NCBI GenBank assembly: GCA_963664015.2 | Contig: CAXXLF010000002.1 | Location: forward strand, 1,024,001-1,088,000 | Source: Candidatus Binatia bacterium | GTDB taxonomy: Bacteria; Desulfobacterota; Binatia; UBA9968; CAXXLF01 | Reading direction: 5' to 3' | DNA length: 64,000 bases | Shown: positions 57,063 through 64,000 of the stretch, one piece after another | How the letters are laid out: every line of letters begins with the position of its first letter | Numbering within the stretch: position 1 is the first letter of the stretch | Notes under the pieces: generated by a model | What the model saw: the letters and a program-made list of their open reading frames with translations, nothing else | Database searches by the model: none | Told to the model about the DNA's origin: nothing | Translations under genes and position numbers: made by a program

Positions 57063-57167
57063 CTAGTACACTATGATAAAAGCAATTGAGGCTACCACGT
57101 ATAGCAGCATAAAAAGACCGATTAACAGACCAACTCTCCGATTCTGCTGTTTTTGTGTCTCCTTCAC
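57063..57167 (-). CDS. Uncalled 34-aa single-TM peptide
   Basis: GGAGG RBS, GTG start, MKETQKQQNRRVGLLIGLFMLLYVVASIAFIIVY, TAG; fills the gap after ctaB. Confidence 0.7.
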   Translation of the reverse strand: MKETQKQQNRRVGLLIGLFMLLYVVASIAFIIVY

Positions 57168-57185
57168 CTTACCATCCTCCAATGG

Positions 57186-58091
57186 TTACAGTGTAATCCT
57201 GTCGACGGCCATAAACAGAAGTAATACGGGTAAATAGATCAAAGACGCAATGAGAAGCCTTCGTGCGGCAACCGCAGATTTAGAACGGGCGAAAGCAATT
57301 CCACAGACAAGAAACATCAGCCCAATGGTAACCGCCGCCGCACCGTACAACACACCGGCCAAACCGAGATAGGTTGGTAAAAGGCTAACCAGCAGCAAGG
57401 CCACCGAGTGCCCCACCGCATGACGCCCCGTTCGAATCCCGTCCTCATCGATGACCGGGAGAAAACGGATATTGGCCCGGGCAAAGTCGTCCCGATAGAG
57501 CCTGGCGATAGCTAGCGTGTGCGGTATCTGCCAGAAGAACAAGATTCCAAAGAGAACCCAGGCTTCAACCGTGAGACCACCACTGGCTGCTGCCCAGCCA
57601 ATCATAGGAGGCAGCGCCCCAGGCACCGCCCCCACCAGGCCGCACATGGACGACTTCTGTTTGAGCGGTGTATAGAAAAACAGATAGGTCCCCACAATCA
57701 AAGCAGTCAGCAGCGCACTCAACAGGTTCACCGCCCCAGCCAGCAGTGCCAGGCCGCCAACAGTCAACACGACGCCAAAGAACAGTGCCGCCGGCGGTTG
57801 GACGCGCCCTTCCGGGAGCGGTCGATGGCGGGTTCGGTTCATGAATGCGTCGGTCTCACGTTCCATTAACTGATTGAGAGCGAGTGTCCCCCCCGCAGCC
57901 AACGCGGTCCCTAAGAGTGCCGGTATCAGACGAACATAGGCCAAGACCGATGGGGAACCCATGTAGAACCCCACGCAGGTACTAATGAGGATCATCAGGA
58001 CCAGACGGGGCTTGGTAAGCTCAAAGAGGTCCAGGGCCCTGCGGCAACTGCTGCTCCATGAAACCGCTATGGTATCGACGCTGAAACTCAT
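57186..58091 (-). CDS. ctaB: Protoheme IX farnesyltransferase (heme O synthase)
   Basis: LTKPR, NQLMERETDAFMNRT..RPLP.GR, YTPLK, GALPP.IGW, FFWQIPH. Confidence 0.96.
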   Translation of the reverse strand: MSFSVDTIAVSWSSSCRRALDLFELTKPRLVLMILISTCVGFYMGSPSVLAYVRLIPALLGTALAAGGTLALNQLMERETDAFMNRTRHRPLPEGRVQPPAALFFGVVLTVGGLALLAGAVNLLSALLTALIVGTYLFFYTPLKQKSSMCGLVGAVPGALPPMIGWAAASGGLTVEAWVLFGILFFWQIPHTLAIARLYRDDFARANIRFLPVIDEDGIRTGRHAVGHSVALLLVSLLPTYLGLAGVLYGAAAVTIGLMFLVCGIAFARSKSAVAARRLLIASLIYLPVLLLFMAVDRITL

Positions 58092-59056
58092 GCGGAAACC
58101 TCTCCCGACGCCTTAGGGTTGGCAGTAAAACTTGGATCCGAGGCCGTGCTGCGGGAGCTCAAATACCGATAGGCACGAAGCGTTATGACCAGGCTCGTCG
58201 CCAGCATCAGTGCCCCCACAACCACATGAGTGGTGGCAAGGGTAACCAGGGTAACGGATTGCATCGACCACCCGAAGGCCCCGAACTTTCCAACGTAGGA
58301 ACCCAACCCCAGGCCCAACTGCAGGATCAATAGGCACCCAAGGATGAGTACCGGCACCGACAGCCTAGGCTCGGACTTCGGCATTCTATGAATTCGATTT
58401 CCCATTAGCACAACATGTACAACTACAAGGAAAGCCAACAGGAGATGACCTTCCAGCAAGGTCCCGGTATACCGGAGTACGGCTCCGAATACGACTTGAA
58501 GATAGATGAGACCTGTTGTCAACAATGAAAGACGTTGCACTCGTCCTGCATCAGGGGTCTGGATCCGTCTTGAAGATTTTACCCACTCTTTAGAGGTAAA
58601 AAGGGCCAGGCTAACCAAAAGGGCAAAAAAGGCCTGAGCTATACATCCATGGACTACCGCCAGGTTCTGCTCGAGCAGTACCACGCGTAACCCACCAAGA
58701 ATTCCCTGCACTATCACCAGGACCAGAGCGAGGAGGCCCAACCAACGAACCCACCGGCGTGGCTCCCGGATCCAAAGCAGCAGGGCCAGCAATACGGTGA
58801 GCAGCCCAACCCCAGAAGCAAACAAACGGTGCCCATGCTCATAAAAGACACCGCCAACCATCCCAGACCAGGGGTAGAGAAACATGTTGTGCCCGAAGGT
58901 TGTGGGCCAATCGGGTACCGCAAGACCCACCCCTTTACTGGTCACCAGGCCGCCAATGAATAGTAAGGCAACGGTTGCGCACGCGTTCAGCAACGCGAGC
59001 CGGTGGGCCCCGTTGGATACCGGCAACCGGGCATCATTATGATCAAACACCTTCAT
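58088..59056 (-). CDS. ctaA: Heme A synthase (COX15/CtaA family)
   Basis: GGLVTS...GLAVPDWP, EHGHRL, QGILGG, conserved His residues. Confidence 0.9.
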   Translation of the reverse strand: MKVFDHNDARLPVSNGAHRLALLNACATVALLFIGGLVTSKGVGLAVPDWPTTFGHNMFLYPWSGMVGGVFYEHGHRLFASGVGLLTVLLALLLWIREPRRWVRWLGLLALVLVIVQGILGGLRVVLLEQNLAVVHGCIAQAFFALLVSLALFTSKEWVKSSRRIQTPDAGRVQRLSLLTTGLIYLQVVFGAVLRYTGTLLEGHLLLAFLVVVHVVLMGNRIHRMPKSEPRLSVPVLILGCLLILQLGLGLGSYVGKFGAFGWSMQSVTLVTLATTHVVVGALMLATSLVITLRAYRYLSSRSTASDPSFTANPKASGEVSA

Positions 59057-59143
59057 CAACTCCCCGCAATGAATACGCAACCATCATGGGATGAATCTCA
59101 TCCAATGGGGTGGGGCCAAACGCTGTCCATCGTACTCTTTTAT

Positions 59144-60895
59144 CTATTGACCCGAACCCGCTGTAGAGCCAGGGGCCAGCTCCCGGTCCTGAGGTAAGAA
59201 ATCCTCCGTCACCTCAGGAGAGCTGTACTCGTAAGCTCCACGATAGACGACGGGAGAGTCCACAAAATTTCCGTGGGGCGGTGGCGAAGGGGCGCTCCAT
59301 TCCAAGGTATTGGCCTCCCAGGGGTTGTCTCCTGCATTCTTTACAGCGAATAACCCATGAACAAAATTGATCAGGAACGGAATCTGCGAGAGTACCAACA
59401 AAAACGCACTGATAGTGATAAACACGTTCCACGACTGCATGGGAGCGATGAATTCATACTGGAGGGGATTATAGATCCGTCGCATGTGACCGCCGACCCC
59501 CAGAAAGTGCATAGGGAAGAAGGCCAGATTGAAAAAGATATACGTAAGAAAAAAATGAATTTTCCCCCAGGTCTCGTTCAACACGCGGCCGAACATCTTT
59601 GGGAACCAGTAGTAGACCGCAGCGAACAAAGCAAAAATAATCCCCGCTACAACGTAGTGAAAATGGGCAACGATAAAATAAGTGTCATGAATAAAGATAT
59701 CCACCGGGGTGGAAGCCATGAATATCCCACTCAAGCCCCCGACCACGAACGCGGAAAGAAAACCAACCCCGAAGAGCATGGGGGTAGTAAAGCGGATGGA
59801 ACCACCCCAGAGAGTCCCCATCCAATTGAACGTCTTGATGGCCGAGGGAATTGCGATAACCATCGTTGTCATCATAAAGGCCGTGCCCAGCAGCGGATTC
59901 ATGCCGCTGATAAACATGTGGTGCCCCCAGACGATCCACGAGAGAAAGGCAATGGCAATCATGGAATAGGCCATGGCCCGGTATCCAAAAACAGGCTTGC
60001 GCGAGAAGGTCGACAGGACCTCGGAGGTCACTCCCATGGCCGGTAAAACCAGAATGTAAACCTCGGGATGGCCAAAGAACCAGAAGAGGTGCTGCCAGAG
60101 TAGGGGATCGCCGCCGCCCTCGGGTAGAAAAAAACTGGTTCCCAGCATACGGTCAAAGCCCAGCATGGCCAAGGCCGCAGTCAAAACGGGAAGCGCCAAG
60201 AGAAGCAAGATGGCCGTGATGAATAGGGACCAGATAACTAGCGGCATGCGAAAGTAGGTCATGCCGGGAGCGCGCATATTGACGATTGTCGTAATGTAAT
60301 TGATGGAACCCATGAGGGAGGAGAACCCGAGAACGAAAAGACTGATAACCCAAAGGTTCTGCCCCCAACCGACACCCGTATAAATGGCCTTCGCCGAGAG
60401 GGTCGCATAGGCAGTCCAACCAGAAGCCGCCGCTCCGCCGGGGACAAAGAAGCTCGCTATCATAAGCACTCCGGCTATCGCCCCTACCCAGAAGGAAAGC
60501 ATATTGAGCACTGGGAAAGCCATATCCCGCGTGCCGATCATGAGAGGGATCAGGAAGTTACCAAAGCATCCGACCATGATGGGCATGACGACGAAGAAGA
60601 TCATGATGGTAGCATGCATCGTGAAGAGCATGTTGTAGGTCTGAGGCGGGATGATGCCCTCGTACATGGTGGGCTCTGCTACCCACCCCATCCCGGGCAC
60701 CGCCGTCTCGGGCCAGGCCAGCTGCCAGCGCATGAGCATAGCCAGGAAACCGCCGAGAAAGAGCATAACCAAACCGAGGAACAAGAACTGGCGGCCGATC
60801 ATCTTGTGATCAGTCGAAAAGATATAGGTTCGCCAGAAACCTATCTCTGCATGGTGTCCATGGTCCTCATGCGCCACCGCTCCGGCATCACTCAT
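59144..60895 (-). CDS. coxA: Cytochrome c oxidase subunit I (A-family, A1-type FGHPEVY)
   Basis: STDHK.IG, TMHATIM, WFFGHPEVY, VWGHHMF, HDTYFIVAHFHY. Confidence 0.98.
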   Translation of the reverse strand: MSDAGAVAHEDHGHHAEIGFWRTYIFSTDHKMIGRQFLFLGLVMLFLGGFLAMLMRWQLAWPETAVPGMGWVAEPTMYEGIIPPQTYNMLFTMHATIMIFFVVMPIMVGCFGNFLIPLMIGTRDMAFPVLNMLSFWVGAIAGVLMIASFFVPGGAAASGWTAYATLSAKAIYTGVGWGQNLWVISLFVLGFSSLMGSINYITTIVNMRAPGMTYFRMPLVIWSLFITAILLLLALPVLTAALAMLGFDRMLGTSFFLPEGGGDPLLWQHLFWFFGHPEVYILVLPAMGVTSEVLSTFSRKPVFGYRAMAYSMIAIAFLSWIVWGHHMFISGMNPLLGTAFMMTTMVIAIPSAIKTFNWMGTLWGGSIRFTTPMLFGVGFLSAFVVGGLSGIFMASTPVDIFIHDTYFIVAHFHYVVAGIIFALFAAVYYWFPKMFGRVLNETWGKIHFFLTYIFFNLAFFPMHFLGVGGHMRRIYNPLQYEFIAPMQSWNVFITISAFLLVLSQIPFLINFVHGLFAVKNAGDNPWEANTLEWSAPSPPPHGNFVDSPVVYRGAYEYSSPEVTEDFLPQDRELAPGSTAGSGQ

Positions 60896-60967
60896 CCCTG
60901 ACTCCTTCCATCCCTGAAATACATTTAGTTGAATTTATGATTAATTCGTCCCGAAGGCTTTGATCCG

Positions 60968-61621
60968 TTATCCACGGACCTGCTGAACCCATTTCGCATA
61001 GTCTTCAGGCGTATCGACGTAGAGCCAACCGACCATACCGGAATGCCCAAACCCGCACAGCTCGGCACAGGGGAGTTCGTACTTGCCCGTCTTGATCGCC
61101 TCAAACCAGACCAGAATCTCGCGGCCCGGGATTGCATCCTGCTTGACCCTTAAATTGGGGAGAAAAAAACTATGGATCACGTCTTGTGACGAAAGGCGAA
61201 TGCGGATCACCTTGTTGACGGGCACGTGCATATCGTTGTCTACTTTGAGATCATCCGGGGTGCCGAACTTTTTATCCGGACCCGGATAAACGATTTCCCA
61301 GTTGAACTGCTTACCAGTCACCTTAACCTCGAAATCACTGGGCGGGGCGTTGACTTTGATTTTCGCCCAGGTCGAAGCGCTGACGAATGATAGGATTAGC
61401 AGGATAATCGTCGGAATCACCGTCCAGGTAATTTCTATGGTCGTATTGCCATGGCAATATACGGCCCTGCGTCCGGCACGATGCCGGTACAGGATCAGAA
61501 AGATAATCGTTATTACCGTGACTAACACGAGAACCGTACCGGTCAGGTAGTAAATAAAATAAAATAACGAATCAATCTCGCCGCCGAAAGTGGATACGTT
61601 TTCTGGAAGCCATTGCATCAT
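60968..61621 (-). CDS. coxB: Cytochrome c oxidase subunit II (CuA, no fused cytochrome c)
   Basis: EITWTVIP, DVIHSF, CAELCGFGHSGM. Confidence 0.96.
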   Translation of the reverse strand: MMQWLPENVSTFGGEIDSLFYFIYYLTGTVLVLVTVITIIFLILYRHRAGRRAVYCHGNTTIEITWTVIPTIILLILSFVSASTWAKIKVNAPPSDFEVKVTGKQFNWEIVYPGPDKKFGTPDDLKVDNDMHVPVNKVIRIRLSSQDVIHSFFLPNLRVKQDAIPGREILVWFEAIKTGKYELPCAELCGFGHSGMVGWLYVDTPEDYAKWVQQVRG

Positions 61622-61744
61622 GGGAGGATACTGCCTCTTCTTTTCTCAGGATTTAGATAACTTTTGCTACCATAGTTTTCCCCCTTTGATCAAGGGGAAA
61701 AATGAGATTGTAAAAGCCATTCACCATTGCTAGAAGTAATTATC

Positions 61745-62261
61745 GTGGAATCATCGGGAGCTCGCCATTTTCGCCCAGACAATTAACCATTGGATACACG
61801 TGGCATCGTTCGCCCTTTGGATCGGTGCTATATTTTGCTTCCTGTTTGTCTTTGCCCCAGCGGTAAAAGGCTTACCTTCCTCCACGGCAATTCCCCTTCT
61901 CAACCAAGGACGACGTAACTTTCAAGCCTTTTCCTGGCTTATCATCGCGCTGTTAATCCTGACCGGAATTGCCAATCTGGTTTTTAGCGGCAAGGCGGCG
62001 GGGATAGCACCAGGCTCGACTTACACTATGATCCTGGGGCTGAAGCTCTTCCTCTTCCTGGCGATGGTCCTCCATCACTCAATTCAGGCTTTCAAATACG
62101 GACCGAGAATCGAATCATTAACTGCCCTGGTACCCCCAGGGAGCGAGAATTGGCCTGATACCCTGCTCGCCCAATGGAACCGGTGGTTCATTTTGCTCAA
62201 GATCAATGGGACACTTGGCCCATTGATCTTGCTCGTGGCGGTAGGTTTGAAGGGATTCTAA
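61745..62261 (+). CDS. CopD/DUF4149-like membrane protein; 5' end possibly frameshifted
   Basis: NHWIHVAS...WIG and LGLKL...HH. The coding frame extends upstream of 61800 with no standard start, while GTG at 61745 is one base out of frame. Confidence 0.6.
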
Positions 62262-62297
62262 ACAGGAAAAGGCTCATCATCCCACGAGCCAGAGATC

Positions 62298-62449
62298 TTT
62301 CATACGCCTTCGCAGATGACCATGCCAAGGGCGTAAGCCCATGCATGAATGCGACGGTCGGATCTGCCTAGCCTTAGCAAAGGCAGGTGCTTCGGCGGAT
62401 TCCCCCGAAGATAAGGAAGGATACACGGGTGGAACCCGTGGAGGCTTCC
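62298..62449 (-). repeat. Palindromic mini-element family 2, copy C (longest)
   Basis: Reverse complement GAAGCCTCCACGGGTTCCACCCGTGTATCCTTCCTTATCTTCGGGGGAATCCGCCGAAGC...GGGCTTACGCCCTTGGCAT...TCTGCGAAGGCGTATGAAA. Confidence 0.85.
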
Positions 62450-62729
62450 TTTCTTGTCCGATAGCGTCGACAAGTTCATAAACAAGGCCAAGATTGTACA
62501 AGCATCCACCATTCAAGTCCCGTTGTCCCGTTGCCGTTTGAACCCCTTGTGATTCTGATTCAGCCCCAGGGCCTTTTCGAACACGCGGATCGCTACAAGG
62601 TTCACTCTTCTTCAAGCGAATTGAAGTTGGATCTGCCGATAGGCGCGACCTAATCATTGTCGAATTCTTATTGGAAAATTGGAAAAAGCATAAGCCATTC
62701 GCAGTACAAAGAGCCCCAAACCACTAGAG

Positions 62730-64000
62730 TCACTCTTCCTCTTTGTATTGCTCCGTGAGTTTCGCGACCACAGCGGGATCCGCGAGGGTTGTGGTATCGC
62801 CGAGGGCCCGGCCGTCGGCGATATCCCTGAGAAGTCGCCGCATAATCTTACCGCTGCGCGTCTTGGGGAGCTCGGCGGCAAAGAGAATCTCATCGGGACG
62901 GGTAATGGCCCCGATCTTTTTGGCAACATGACCCCGGAGTTCCTCCACCAGATCGGGTGACTGTTTAACGCCGGCCTTGAGGGAAACGAAGGCGCAAATG
63001 GCCTGCCCCTTGATCTCGTGGCTCTTGCCGATGACAGCCGCCTCGGCCACGCTTGGGTGGTCGACCAACGCACTCTCCACCTCCATGGTACTGATCCTAT
63101 GACCCGCCACGTTCATAACGTCATCCACTCGGCCCAGGAGCCAGAAGTAGCCGTCCTTATCGCGCTTGGCCCCGTCTCCCGCAAAGTACTTGCCCGGGAA
63201 ACGGCTCCAGTAAGTGTCAACGTAGCGATCGGGATCTCCGTAGATGGTCCGTAGCATTGCGGGCCAAGGCTGGGTGAGAACCAGGTAACCCCCACCACCC
63301 AGAGGGACCGAGTTCCCCTGTTCATCAACGATATCCGCGCCGGTCCCGGGCAAGGGCATGGTCGCGGATCCGGGTTTGAGGGTCGTCACGCCCGGAAGCG
63401 GGGTAATCAGTGGATGTCCGGTCTCCGTCTGCCACCAGGTATCCATAATCGGGCAACGCCCCCCGCCAATGGTACGGTGGTACCACATCCAGGCCTCCGG
63501 ATTGATCGGCTCCCCGACGGATCCCAGAAGTCTGAGGCTGCTGAGATCGTGTTTCTCCACGTATTCGGCTCCCCAACGCATAAAGGTACGAATCGCGGTG
63601 GGAGCCGTATGGAAAATCGTTACACCATATTTTTCAATGATCTTCCAGAAGCGTTCCTTGTCCGGCCAGTCCGGCGACCCTTCATACATAACCTGCGTCA
63701 CACCGTTGGCCATGGGACCGTACACAATATGAGTATGGCCTGTAACCCAACCGATATCCGCCGCACACCAGAAGACGTCATCGTCTTTCATGTCGAAGAC
63801 CCATTTGTTGACCAGGGTGACCCCCACCAGATAACCCCCGGTAGTATGGACAATGCCTTTAGGCTTGCCCGTGGTCCCGCTGGTGTAAAGGGTATAGAGC
63901 ATATCCTCGCTCTCCATGGCCTCCGGGGCACACCAGGTCGGGGCGTTCTTCATCAGCACATGCCACCAGTGGTCCCGATCACTCTTCATACTGACTCCGG
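62730..64000 (-). CDS. acs: Acetyl-CoA synthetase (AMP-forming), 5' part outside the window
   Basis: [54 protein letters not shown]. Confidence 0.97.
   Translation of the reverse strand, partial: GVSMKSDRDHWWHVLMKNAPTWCAPEAMESEDMLYTLYTSGTTGKPKGIVHTTGGYLVGVTLVNKWVFDMKDDDVFWCAADIGWVTGHTHIVYGPMANGVTQVMYEGSPDWPDKERFWKIIEKYGVTIFHTAPTAIRTFMRWGAEYVEKHDLSSLRLLGSVGEPINPEAWMWYHRTIGGGRCPIMDTWWQTETGHPLITPLPGVTTLKPGSATMPLPGTGADIVDEQGNSVPLGGGGYLVLTQPWPAMLRTIYGDPDRYVDTYWSRFPGKYFAGDGAKRDKDGYFWLLGRVDDVMNVAGHRISTMEVESALVDHPSVAEAAVIGKSHEIKGQAICAFVSLKAGVKQSPDLVEELRGHVAKKIGAITRPDEILFAAELPKTRSGKIMRRLLRDIADGRALGDTTTLADPAVVAKLTEQYKEEE

Noticed and set aside
61686-61730. FNR or Rex box upstream of coxB
   Set aside because: TTGATCAA lacks the TTGAT-N4-ATCAA spacing, and TTGTAAAAGCCATTCACCA deviates from the Rex consensus in spacing and sequence.

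Overview
Bacterial chromosomal segment whose gene content (amidohydrolase-2, family-5 ABC binding protein, stand-alone EutA-like protein, UbiD, Deltaproteobacteria-style guaB-guaA-dnaE-hflX and thrS-infC-rpmI-rplT-pheST-ihfA-merR blocks) suggests a deltaproteobacterial or Binatota-like organism. The taxon is an inference. Intact housekeeping blocks are 8.3-30.4 kb, hisI-hisG, a complete aa3-type cytochrome c oxidase operon at 54.7-61.6 kb and partial acs. They are interleaved with many decayed accessory genes: asnB-like, chrA, comM, glnE, a TPP enzyme, nadX-like, rlpA and several truncated ORFs. Two tRNAs (Val-GAC, Pro-GGG) and two families of dispersed palindromic intergenic repeats are present. 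I saw no CRISPR array, transposase, integrase or prophage. The best candidates for something undescribed are: a terminator-containing guaB leader; a structured leader before an MFS transporter; a modular palindromic mini-element family; an orphan EutA-like ATPase paired with an MBL-fold protein; a membrane peptide/TPR/atypical ferredoxin operon; a membrane protein plus secreted tandem-HhH protein pair; a UbiD with altered catalytic residues; and an uncalled 34-aa membrane peptide in the oxidase operon.
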